Positions 29,660 through 38,758 of a DNA stretch of 64,000 nucleotides are shown here, piece by piece (positions within the stretch are counted from its first letter, which is position 1; each line of letters starts with the position of its first letter). Under the pieces are notes generated by a model. It was not told the origin of the DNA, searched no databases, and was given only the letters and a program-made list of their open reading frames with translations. The position numbers and the translations under genes were made by a program. The stretch lies in the sequence record OR258281.1. One strand, given 5' to 3'.

Positions 29660-29911
29660 ATGAAAGCACAATTCGTAGTAGTATCTAACTCAATGTTTAA
29701 TCTGAAAACTACTGGCGATCAGTCAGCTTATGAAGCGTTTAAAGCGATTTTTACTAAGCACTTCAATTCCTTTGATATTCGCCCACAAGCGGCACGCGGT
29801 ATCGAAAACATCACCGTGTACAAAACTACTGGTGCAGCCCTGGCCGCTTTTGAAGCAGAAGCCCTGGCAGCAGGTATTGAGTTTCAGGAAGCAGAAGTTC
29901 CAAAATATTAA
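29660..29911 (+). CDS. Hypothetical early protein
   Basis: Promoter, hairpin leader and RBS. Confidence 0.8.
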   Translation: MKAQFVVVSNSMFNLKTTGDQSAYEAFKAIFTKHFNSFDIRPQAARGIENITVYKTTGAALAAFEAEALAAGIEFQEAEVPKY

Positions 29912-30020
29912 TATCAACCAGGGGCATTAAGTTGCCCCACTTGATTAAGTACTTTAGCCAGTAGAGTACTTAATCAAGTCCATCGCCGGACACAGTACAT
30001 CATGATTAAGGAACTGAAAT

Positions 30021-30371
30021 ATGAGCTTGTACTTATTGTTATCTGTATTGCTTGGGGAGTGCTTCAGTACTGGTGAAGAAGATTCACCTAATATACAGAA
30101 CTGTACTTTAGTACTCATCCGTGCACTGAACATGACTGATGGAGATGTGTACGCTTTAGCCAGGATCACCGGGCTGTCAGTACAAGATATCGTGAACCTT
30201 TCAACTCACGAGCACCAGACCCGCGAAGATGCTACCGGTATTAATGACTTCGGTCGCGGCAGAAACTTCGGGTACAGTCCTGACGAAATAGATAAGTTTA
30301 AAGGTAATACCGATTATTGGAAAGGTGTTCTATATAATCAATATTACAAAGAAAGTACTTTACTCGCTTGA
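30021..30371 (+). CDS. Hypothetical protein, paralog of 26980-27402
   Basis: LIRALNMTDGDVYALARITGLSVQDIVNL...FKGNTDYWKGVL. Confidence 0.75.
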   Translation: MSLYLLLSVLLGECFSTGEEDSPNIQNCTLVLIRALNMTDGDVYALARITGLSVQDIVNLSTHEHQTREDATGINDFGRGRNFGYSPDEIDKFKGNTDYWKGVLYNQYYKESTLLA

Positions 30372-30438
30372 GTACTTTCCTGTACAATAGAATCTCAATA
30401 GGGGAAATGATTTCCCCTAGCACCAGGGGATAAAGATT

Positions 30439-30636
30439 ATGACTAATACTGACGTTACCTTACTTGCTTCAAAGGCTCTTTCCTATCTGCACCTCGGAAC
30501 TTGCGAGGCTATCGAGAGGGTAGTAGGTAAGTTCACTGAAGAGAACAAAGATCTACATAGTGCGGTATTCGATGAACTGGAAGAAATTATGTACCCGCAT
30601 GGTAAAGGTGAAGATGCGGCGTACTACGAGTACTAA
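30439..30636 (+). CDS. Hypothetical acidic early protein
   Basis: Promoter, hairpin leader and RBS. Confidence 0.8.
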   Translation: MTNTDVTLLASKALSYLHLGTCEAIERVVGKFTEENKDLHSAVFDELEEIMYPHGKGEDAAYYEY

Positions 30637-30839
30637 TAAAATAAATTACTAATAGTACTAATCAGCCCTTGCATATGCAGGGGCTTTTTGTTATCTTAGT
30701 ACTGACCCCGAGGGGCGGGTAGATTTGTCTAAAATTTATTATCATTAAGTACTAAAAAGTACTTGCACTATATTGCTGGTGGATGTATATTGAGTACTCA
30801 AGGCAAGCATGATGCAAGCCACTATCAGGGGATTAGATT

Positions 30840-31094
30840 ATGAAATTAGTAACCGCACTGGCTAAAAAGTTCTTTGTAGAAGAATCAAGCGAAATTGTTG
30901 AGGATGAAACTGTTTCGAGTATCTTCGTATACGAAGAAGAAGACGATGCAGAACATATGGTTAGGTTTAGTACTACTGATAACGTTAATTACACAGTTAA
31001 CAATGTGTTCAGTAACCTGGCTCATGGTACAGTACTCACAGAGAAAGAGATTAAAGCATTACTGAAAAATAATTCTATTAAACAGAAAGAATAG
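30840..31094 (+). CDS. Hypothetical acidic early protein
   Basis: Promoter, hairpin leader and RBS. Confidence 0.8.
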   Translation: MKLVTALAKKFFVEESSEIVEDETVSSIFVYEEEDDAEHMVRFSTTDNVNYTVNNVFSNLAHGTVLTEKEIKALLKNNSIKQKE

Positions 31095-31172
31095 TATTGC
31101 AATCTAAACGGTAAAGTACTATATTAATAACTCAAGGCGGTAATGGTTACCGCCAGTATCGGGGGATACAAA

Positions 31173-31604
31173 ATGAAATCATCTGCACTGGCTCGTTTCG
31201 CTCAATCTATCGGTATGGAAGTTGTTAACAATTCACAGGGCGACAACCTCAACCGTGAAGCCTTTGTGTATAGGTTCAAACGCTTTGAAGGTTCAGTACT
31301 GTACAAGATGCACAGGGCCGCCGGTTTTGATTCATGCATTAAGTACATCGTTATCAATGCAGAAGTTAACAAAGAACAGTACTACAAGTGTACTGCTACT
31401 TTCGGCATCGATAATTGTCCTAACTTTGCCGATGCAGAATGGCAACGCGAGTTGTACATCGCTGTACATAAGATGGTAGTACATAACGATCCATCATTCC
31501 TTAAGTCATTGGGCGGGGAGTTCGATAACGTTCAGCTTCTGAACTATATCAACTTTGATCCACTCCATGCACCACGCCCCGCGTCTGCCTATCTCCATGC
31601 ATAA
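31173..31604 (+). CDS. Hypothetical early protein
   Basis: RBS; start corrected. Confidence 0.8.
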   Translation: MKSSALARFAQSIGMEVVNNSQGDNLNREAFVYRFKRFEGSVLYKMHRAAGFDSCIKYIVINAEVNKEQYYKCTATFGIDNCPNFADAEWQRELYIAVHKMVVHNDPSFLKSLGGEFDNVQLLNYINFDPLHAPRPASAYLHA

Positions 31605-31673
31605 CGCTTGACAGTATATTAAAGCCGCTGGCATAATCCCCAGCGGCTTTATCATATCTATAAGGGGAACCCT

Positions 31674-31877
31674 ATGACCTATACTGTTACGCACCTGCTG
31701 GGGCATATACACGGCACATACAACGATAGTACTACTGCACACACTGAAGTACTCAAGCTGTTACCATTAAGTAAGAGCAAAGCATCTAAGCTACTCAACC
31801 GCCTGGCTGGTTCCAGGGCTGGCAGTACTATACGGGTGGAGTACGACAACTGTGAGGTAACTGTTACAGTACAGTAA
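31674..31877 (+). CDS. Hypothetical early protein
   Basis: TTGACA promoter and RBS. Confidence 0.75.
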   Translation: MTYTVTHLLGHIHGTYNDSTTAHTEVLKLLPLSKSKASKLLNRLAGSRAGSTIRVEYDNCEVTVTVQ

Positions 31878-32057
31878 CTATAACGTACTAAATTATACTA
31901 GAGTCAAATTATAACTAAGCTAATAATAATCTTAGGTACTTTTTATTTGTACAGGTAATCCCTTAACATTTCCTTACACAAAATAAATTGACTGTAACAA
32001 AATTATTTGCTTACTAAAGGCGGGTTCTGCTTAGCCGCTTTTAAATCTTAGTTAATA

Positions 32058-32170
32058 GTACTAAATTCTGTACTAAATTCTGTACTAAATTCTGTACTAA
32101 ATTCTGTACTAAATTCTGAGTACATTCTGTACTTCATTCTATGTACATTGTCCCGGCCCGGATAATGTAC
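32058..32170. repeat. Tandem 12-bp repeat (GTACTAAATTCT x5, then degenerate copies) and a hairpin
   Basis: Five exact units at 32058-32117; GTACATTGTCC...GGATAATGTAC inverted repeat at about 32143-32170. Confidence 0.9.
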
Positions 32171-32258
32171 TACATTCTGTATCACACTCTGTATTGGATT
32201 TACTTAATATTAGAGATATGTGTGCTGACCTTGAAGTAATAGTACAACGGCTTAAAAA

Positions 32259-32831
32259 ATGAATAAAATAAAAAAGGTTCCAGTACTTAGTACCTCCCCT
32301 AAAGGTAATTACACAATGAGAGATATAAAAGAACTACAAGCTAAAGCACAATCATTCAATAAGGTACTCAAGTACCTTTTAGATGATATGTCGTATAAAG
32401 CACGGTACTATAAAACAAAATTTGGCCATGTAGTGACTCTAACTAAAAGAGTATCATTATCATCAGTAAGGTGTCGGCATGGTACTCTATTTTGTATAGA
32501 TCATAGTGAAAATAATAGTAGAATTAAGACCTCCGACATTGACGGTTCATATCAGGAACGGTTAGCTGATACTCGTGCTCTACGAATCAATAACAACATA
32601 TATGTACAGGATATAAAAACCAAAATAACAATACAGGTTCTTGCTGACGAAGTACAGAATGATTCATTTGCTTTGAGCACGGTACTATCCAATGAAGCCT
32701 ATGAATTAGTACTTCTAATATCTATGGTTGATATTACTTCAGTACAGGATGAAGGATTATATATGTTCAGTTTATGTACAAGATATATTGATGAGTTGCT
32801 TATAGGTATTGAGAATGAAGAATTATATTAA
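32259..32831 (+). CDS. FNLS-motif paralog family member 1
   Basis: VQNDSFALSTVL. Confidence 0.8.
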   Translation: MNKIKKVPVLSTSPKGNYTMRDIKELQAKAQSFNKVLKYLLDDMSYKARYYKTKFGHVVTLTKRVSLSSVRCRHGTLFCIDHSENNSRIKTSDIDGSYQERLADTRALRINNNIYVQDIKTKITIQVLADEVQNDSFALSTVLSNEAYELVLLISMVDITSVQDEGLYMFSLCTRYIDELLIGIENEELY

Positions 32832-33342
32832 TGATGGTTTACATGACGATGTACCTAAGCTTAAGTTAATACTTGAGTACCTTTATGATATGGATAAGTA
32901 TTCACAGAGAGACTTTGAAACCATAAATGTACTGTGTGATACCCATGGAAAGGTGGTGTACTGCAAAGCTAAGAGTACTAAACATGGTGTTTATAACGCA
33001 TTGGTAGCGTTCAATAAAGACGGTTCACCTTTAGTTGACTTTAGTACTTCAGTGAATAGAATAAGTTTGTTAGGTTCATCAAGAATAACTCATAATGTAT
33101 TGAGTAATGAGTACTTAGTACAGGACATTGAAACTAAATTCAGTGAAGTGCTTACTGAGGAACAGGTTATTGATGATTATTTTGCATTAAGTACTACTAT
33201 GGATGCAGAATTGCTGGATATGGTGCTATTACATGCTAATCTATACCGAGAACTATCATATGAGTTTCAGAAACTCAATATTGCTTTATTCAAAAACTGC
33301 ATTGGTATGATACCTAAATTTTACGATGAGTTATCAAAATGA
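32815..33342 (+). CDS. FNLS-motif family member 2
   Basis: VIDDYFALSTTM. Confidence 0.8.
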   Translation: MKNYINDGLHDDVPKLKLILEYLYDMDKYSQRDFETINVLCDTHGKVVYCKAKSTKHGVYNALVAFNKDGSPLVDFSTSVNRISLLGSSRITHNVLSNEYLVQDIETKFSEVLTEEQVIDDYFALSTTMDAELLDMVLLHANLYRELSYEFQKLNIALFKNCIGMIPKFYDELSK

Positions 33343-33812
33343 GCACACTGAATAAAGATCATATTGTTGAAAATCTTCTTAAAGCTTTTACAGAACTCAA
33401 TACTTTAGGCGAGGATGAACGGGTAGCACGAAAAAATTTAGACTTACATAACGAAGGTTTTTTTAAAGCTTCAAGAATCAGTGATTACTCCCGTACTAAC
33501 AATACCGTACTCTGTATCAGCGGTTGTAATGTAACATACCATACGCCATCATTAAGTGCTTCAATTCGTCCTTATGTAAAAATTATGAACACACTGGCTG
33601 GTGTGCATTCATATAAAGATGGTGTAGCTGAAGACCTTTCAATATGTACTTTTGACGAGTACAGGTTTCAGTACAGTACTTACATGAGTACCGAAATAAT
33701 GATTGGTCTGGAATGTTTATACACCCTGTACAAGAATAATTTAACACCAAAAGGTACTAGTATTTCATTGTACTGTGACAATTTGGACTGTCTGGAAAAT
33801 ATATATGAATGA
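33339..33812 (+). CDS. FNLS-motif family member 3 (divergent)
   Basis: FDEYRFQYSTYM. Confidence 0.7.
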   Translation: MSTLNKDHIVENLLKAFTELNTLGEDERVARKNLDLHNEGFFKASRISDYSRTNNTVLCISGCNVTYHTPSLSASIRPYVKIMNTLAGVHSYKDGVAEDLSICTFDEYRFQYSTYMSTEIMIGLECLYTLYKNNLTPKGTSISLYCDNLDCLENIYE

Positions 33813-34245
33813 TTTATTAGGATTAGAAGAACTCAAGTACTACAGTTCTGTACTTCAGGGTGCATTAAACCATTTACATAAACATGGTGGTACTCATATG
33901 TTTACTGACTTCAGGACTTTGAGTGCATTTTTAACTGTTTATAACGGGTCAGAATCACATTTTTCGATTCTTTATGGTACTTCTATACTCTATCCTGAAT
34001 ACTTTAAAATAAGTACTGGTGCAAAATTAAAGCAATTCAATTATCACGAATTGAGTACTGAAACAATTTTCAATGCTAGTATGTTAGGTGAATTTACTAA
34101 CAAATTTATCAATGAAATGTTGATTGCAGGTTCAGTAAAAAATCCATTCAAAGATAACTCGGTGCATGTTAATTTCAGCAGACTGTATAACGATACTGAT
34201 AAAATTATTGAAATACTTAAGGATGGGAGTATTCTATGTTTGTAA
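33805..34245 (+). CDS. FNLS-motif family member 4
   Basis: STETIFNASML. Confidence 0.75.
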   Translation: MNDLLGLEELKYYSSVLQGALNHLHKHGGTHMFTDFRTLSAFLTVYNGSESHFSILYGTSILYPEYFKISTGAKLKQFNYHELSTETIFNASMLGEFTNKFINEMLIAGSVKNPFKDNSVHVNFSRLYNDTDKIIEILKDGSILCL

Positions 34246-34748
34246 ATGAAATCAGGGTACTACAGAAGTGTATTGATATTCTCAGTGCACAGAGGGGAGG
34301 TACTTTCACAAAATCTGGTCTTAAGATTGAGATTAGTATGGACAGTACTACCATCAGCAGTCCTAACGGCTTCAGCTTCATCAATATTAATACCCCAGCA
34401 GTAACTTTACTTCTTATAGAATGTAGTAATAATGGTGGTGTATTTTTAAAAAATGAACATAACGAAAGTGATATATTATGTATGGATAGAGTGCTTAATA
34501 TATATGAAAACGATATTCCTCTTCAGATTAATCTTGATGATATTAAGAACTGTACCCCGGACGAAAAGTTTAACTTAAGTGTAATGTATTCTGAGAGAAC
34601 TCTTAAGTACGTTGATATTCTTTTGGGATTGGACGTGTCAGCATTTAACGAATTCTTCCTAAACATTGAATGGTTCGAAAGTTATTATAACGATATAGAA
34701 CTTATTGTGGATGGTATAGATATTGAGGAAATTTGGGGAGATAAATAA
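34236..34748 (+). CDS. FNLS-motif family member 5
   Basis: TPDEKFNLSVMY. Confidence 0.8.
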   Translation: MFVNEIRVLQKCIDILSAQRGGTFTKSGLKIEISMDSTTISSPNGFSFININTPAVTLLLIECSNNGGVFLKNEHNESDILCMDRVLNIYENDIPLQINLDDIKNCTPDEKFNLSVMYSERTLKYVDILLGLDVSAFNEFFLNIEWFESYYNDIELIVDGIDIEEIWGDK

Positions 34749-34816
34749 GAGCATTTTTGATGAAACGAAAATTACGATCCTGAAAAAATTTTCGCTTCTT
34801 TTTTTTTTAATAGAAT

Positions 34817-35362
34817 ATGAAAGGGTTCCGCGATATGGAGCACGACGAATACGTAGATGTTATGGTGAAGCTAATAAAGAAAGCCGCATCATTAACAAAT
34901 GGAATATTCTCATACGTACTTGGAGAGAAAGAAGAATTAGTGTTTAGAAAAAGTACCAGTTATGTTACTTGCGAGTTCTTTACTAATGATGTGTGGGAAA
35001 ATTTATTTTTCATTACTACTCCTACTGATTCTACTTGTGATTTCATGAGGAGTTATCCAAAGATATACAGTGAAAATGTACAGTACAAGTCAGACACTGA
35101 AGAGTACTGGACCATTGATGGGAAGTGTGTTTGTTATACTTCAGACGAGGTAAAAGACAGTTCTTTTTATTTTAATTTAAGTTTAGTAACCCAAAGTATA
35201 AGATTACTTAATCATATTAAAATCTTACAGTGCTTTAGAGAAACTGAAGAAGCACAAAACCTTCTCAATACTGATGGTTATCATGTAATGATATATAAGT
35301 TTTCAGATACAATTACACAGAATCTGGTAAAGATCTTAGAGGAAGGAAAGATTAAAAAATGA
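34817..35362 (+). CDS. FNLS-motif family member 6
   Basis: KDSSFYFNLSLV. Confidence 0.8.
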   Translation: MKGFRDMEHDEYVDVMVKLIKKAASLTNGIFSYVLGEKEELVFRKSTSYVTCEFFTNDVWENLFFITTPTDSTCDFMRSYPKIYSENVQYKSDTEEYWTIDGKCVCYTSDEVKDSSFYFNLSLVTQSIRLLNHIKILQCFRETEEAQNLLNTDGYHVMIYKFSDTITQNLVKILEEGKIKK

Positions 35363-35895
35363 ATTCTAGCGAAGAGTACACAATAGATGTAGTACTGAAG
35401 TTGATACAGAAATCAAGTACATTACCAAGATCATGGTATACGGAACTTGAACAGCACGGAAAATTATGTTTACATTCTTCTAATTACGGTACTAGGATAA
35501 ATTGTAGTATTTTAATTTCTTCAGTATGGCATACTTTGTTTTACTTACTTAAAAATACTGATTCCGAACATCTTTATATGAAAGAAAATCCAACCCGTTA
35601 TGCTGATATACTTCTTTATAGTTCAGATAACCCAAATGATTATTTCCTATTAGAAGATACTATGAGTAAGTGTAGTACTGAAGAAGCACTGGACTATTCT
35701 TATCATTTTAACCTTAATTTAGAAAATAGAGGGTTAATGTCAAGAAGTATTAAAATAGCACAAAAATTCAGAGAGACAGAAGAAGAACAAGTGCTACTTT
35801 CAAATAAGGGGTATCAGTTATTGTTGTACTCTTTTCCTGATAGTATTACATCTGATATAGTAAAGATCTTAGAGGAAGGAGTATTGAGGAAATGA
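35359..35895 (+). CDS. FNLS-motif family member 7 (close paralog of member 6)
   Basis: LDYSYHFNLNLE; shared end VKILEEG. Confidence 0.8.
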   Translation: MNSSEEYTIDVVLKLIQKSSTLPRSWYTELEQHGKLCLHSSNYGTRINCSILISSVWHTLFYLLKNTDSEHLYMKENPTRYADILLYSSDNPNDYFLLEDTMSKCSTEEALDYSYHFNLNLENRGLMSRSIKIAQKFRETEEEQVLLSNKGYQLLLYSFPDSITSDIVKILEEGVLRK

Positions 35896-36392
35896 CCGAT
35901 GTTATTGAATTCAGTACTAAACTGTTTGATGAGTGTGAAAATTACATTACACGGTTCTTTGAAGATCCTAGTATTCTAGACAAAGAGCATCATACTGACC
36001 ATCCTGTATATAATAATCTTAACTACTACGGTAAGGTTGAATTAAACAACAATGAACCTTATTCATATATAACAAGTAGATTTTCACGACGAGCATTATT
36101 ATGCTTAGTACTTTCGGATGAGAGCACTGAGGATGAGTTACATGAAGAATTTGAAACAACCGATTCTTCTTATATACTAAGAACTAAAAATTACATATCT
36201 ACATCCTGTGGTATTCATTCGGTCCATGATATAAAAGACGATTCTTACTGTTTCAATCTGATGACACTAATGAGTACTGAAGAAATTGAAATAGTAAAAT
36301 TCATGTGCAGTCCTAGATTTGACAAATACAAGTACATGTATTTTATACCAAAGGACGTAATTTATACCATAGGATGTAATTTCTCCGTATGA
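35892..36392 (+). CDS. FNLS-motif family member 8
   Basis: KDDSYCFNLMTLM. Confidence 0.8.
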   Translation: MTDVIEFSTKLFDECENYITRFFEDPSILDKEHHTDHPVYNNLNYYGKVELNNNEPYSYITSRFSRRALLCLVLSDESTEDELHEEFETTDSSYILRTKNYISTSCGIHSVHDIKDDSYCFNLMTLMSTEEIEIVKFMCSPRFDKYKYMYFIPKDVIYTIGCNFSV

Positions 36393-36408
36393 TAATTAGG
36401 AACATGAA

Positions 36409-36885
36409 ATGAAAACTGACATTGCAAAAAGAGCAGTACAGGTATTCTCGGAAGTATATGAAAAAAACTCAGCTATATGCCGTGATAAAAAACCAAACGG
36501 GATCACCATAGCACGTACTGAAGAAGTTCTTATTGTTCACGATACTAAGTCTCAGATATGTATTCAAACCTACGATATGTACAGTTTTTATGTTAAGCAA
36601 AATCATCTTCTAACTGATAATTTTGTTTATCTGGACAACTATATTATCGCATTTAAGTGTATTAAAACAAATAATTTTTATGAACACAAGCTGAACTTTA
36701 TTGATACTTTCAAGGATGATTACTTTTCATTGAGTACCGTGATGGAAATTGAAGTACTTGACATGATACTGATTGCCATTGAATTAAGAAAACAGTTCTC
36801 TGAAAAAGGTTATACTTCGTTTTGTGTATTTGGTTCTATAACCGACGATTTTATTTCAAAAGTACAGGCTGCTAATAATGAATGA
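36409..36885 (+). CDS. FNLS-motif family member 9
   Basis: FKDDYFSLSTVM. Confidence 0.8.
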   Translation: MKTDIAKRAVQVFSEVYEKNSAICRDKKPNGITIARTEEVLIVHDTKSQICIQTYDMYSFYVKQNHLLTDNFVYLDNYIIAFKCIKTNNFYEHKLNFIDTFKDDYFSLSTVMEIEVLDMILIAIELRKQFSEKGYTSFCVFGSITDDFISKVQAANNE

Positions 36886-37369
36886 AGAAGAAAAGATACT
36901 AAAGGTACTGGAATATTTTTGTGATACGAAAACTAAAAATGTTCTATACTCTCTTTATAAAGAAATTGTAAAACGTGATCTAATTCGCAATCCCGGTGCT
37001 GAATATTCATTTATGTTAAAGAATGACATAACTTTAAATTACAGTGCTCAAGAATTTTCATTATCACTTCATGGGTTTGGATGGATTACTACATCTTCTA
37101 GCTATCAGATTTACGTTGACAAATATACCAAAAGTACCTCAGAATTATTCTTGTACCAGTATAACGATGCTGAGCACAGTGTTGATTTAAATTCAGTACA
37201 TGAAGATGATGTATTATTTAACAGTACTTTAACTATTCCTGAAACGTACTGGAATAACTTTTGTTTAAGTTATATAATATCTTTTTTTATTAGTCATTTA
37301 CCACCTGGTATTTGTACTTATACCCGCAGATTTATGCTTAAGGCTATGATTGATGAATATAAATTATGA
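36878..37369 (+). CDS. FNLS-motif family member 10
   Basis: HEDDVLFNSTLT. Confidence 0.8.
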   Translation: MNEEEKILKVLEYFCDTKTKNVLYSLYKEIVKRDLIRNPGAEYSFMLKNDITLNYSAQEFSLSLHGFGWITTSSSYQIYVDKYTKSTSELFLYQYNDAEHSVDLNSVHEDDVLFNSTLTIPETYWNNFCLSYIISFFISHLPPGICTYTRRFMLKAMIDEYKL

Positions 37370-37853
37370 TGAATTTAATTTGATTGCGGAAAAGTTGAAT
37401 AAACTAATTCAGTTAGTTCCAGTGAAAAAAGGTAATTCATTTATTGATTCCGAGAGTACTAATAAACGTTATTTAGTTACAAGGGCTGGTGCCGTTTCCT
37501 TACTTCCCATAGTAATTCAAGATTGGTACAAACCACACGGTAATAAGATAATTACCTTTGTGAAGAGTAAAGAACTGACACGAATGAATTCGGCTTATGT
37601 AAATTACAGTACTGCGTTATTCAATACTCAAATAAAATTACCGGGTAATAACGGAAGTACGTATGAAGTAATAAAGAAGGCTGATCTTTGCAACAAAGAT
37701 GATTTCTTTAATATGACACTGATTTACGACTGGCACATTGTACAACAACTTTATGTACTTCAGATTCTCAAAGAAAAGTATAATATAAAGACTGTATTTC
37801 TGTACAAAGACACATTCGATTATCTTGATGATTTATTAACTCTGGACTATTAA
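37350..37853 (+). CDS. FNLS-motif family member 11
   Basis: NKDDFFNMTLIY. Confidence 0.8.
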   Translation: MMNINYDEFNLIAEKLNKLIQLVPVKKGNSFIDSESTNKRYLVTRAGAVSLLPIVIQDWYKPHGNKIITFVKSKELTRMNSAYVNYSTALFNTQIKLPGNNGSTYEVIKKADLCNKDDFFNMTLIYDWHIVQQLYVLQILKEKYNIKTVFLYKDTFDYLDDLLTLDY

Positions 37854-37854
37854 C

Positions 37855-38322
37855 ATGAGTACTTCTGATGAACTAATCAGTTGTTTGGAAATTGTATTCG
37901 ATAAAGCTTTAGAACTTATAATTTATCCTAATACGGTAGATAGTGTAACCTTCGACAAAAATATATTCTACATTGAAGCCCGAAAAACTTACATGAGTGT
38001 TTATGCAAGTGCCTCTTTCAATGGAGTATATACTAGTGGAGTTGTACAACAATATAATAATTCAGATGAAAATATTCTTTCAAGAATGATTGAAAGTACT
38101 GAAACTATATATCGTTTTAATGAAGTACTGGTATATAATGGTAAGGTATTAGACCTTGCAGATTTGAAAGATGAGGATTACTTTTTCAATCTTTCATTAA
38201 TATATGATGAGATGGTTCTTGGATGTATTAAATTATTATGTACTACAAGGTTTGAAACTATGCGTTATTCGTACATTAGACCTATGATGTTGGCAGAAGC
38301 ATGGAAAAGTAGAAATGATTGA
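37855..38322 (+). CDS. FNLS-motif family member 12
   Basis: KDEDYFFNLSLIY. Confidence 0.8.
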   Translation: MSTSDELISCLEIVFDKALELIIYPNTVDSVTFDKNIFYIEARKTYMSVYASASFNGVYTSGVVQQYNNSDENILSRMIESTETIYRFNEVLVYNGKVLDLADLKDEDYFFNLSLIYDEMVLGCIKLLCTTRFETMRYSYIRPMMLAEAWKSRND

Positions 38323-38758
38323 GTACTCAATAATTCCAGAACTATTGAAAAATGCAATTAGTACCTTAAGTACTGGTGAAAGTAATATTATAGAAAATTT
38401 CAGGACTCATAAAATAAAAAAATATGAAACCATAATCCATTACGGACCCGCACAAATTAACATGGGTTCATATAGTTATAATCTTGGAATAGAAGATGAT
38501 GTTGCTAAAATAATAAATCAAAGATTCAAAAATAAAAATTATACAGTAGCACATCGCCACCGGGACGTATTGATTTTTGATTCTAAAATCATTGATATTA
38601 ATAGCGTAGATGACAAGGATTATGCATTCAACCTTATTCTTGATGGAATAGAAGTACATCATATTGAATTAATATCTGTACTATCTAAATTAGTAATCCC
38701 ACCGGACCATGGATTTTTCTTACGTATCTATAACTTTGACAGTATGAAAACATTATGA
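38315..38758 (+). CDS. FNLS-motif family member 13
   Basis: DDKDYAFNLILD. Confidence 0.8.
   Translation: MIEYSIIPELLKNAISTLSTGESNIIENFRTHKIKKYETIIHYGPAQINMGSYSYNLGIEDDVAKIINQRFKNKNYTVAHRHRDVLIFDSKIIDINSVDDKDYAFNLILDGIEVHHIELISVLSKLVIPPDHGFFLRIYNFDSMKTL

Larger units (their letters stand above)
1099..30724. repeat. Dispersed GC-rich motif G(A/T)CCC-N4-GGG-Y-GGG-K-AGAT, 13 copies, each downstream of a sigma70-like promoter
   Basis: Copies at about 1099, 1151, 3667, 6378, 9420, 12929, 14721, 21948, 24816, 24929, 26262, 28935 and 30703, in both orientations. Confidence 0.9.

Noticed and set aside
1099-30724. GC motif as KOPS (GGGNAGGG) or Chi (GCTGGTGG)
   Set aside because: It does not match either consensus, and it occurs in both orientations tied to promoters rather than polarised.
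34790-34812. T10 run as a phase-variation switch
   Set aside because: It is intergenic in a very AT-rich genome and is not clearly within a promoter spacer or reading frame.
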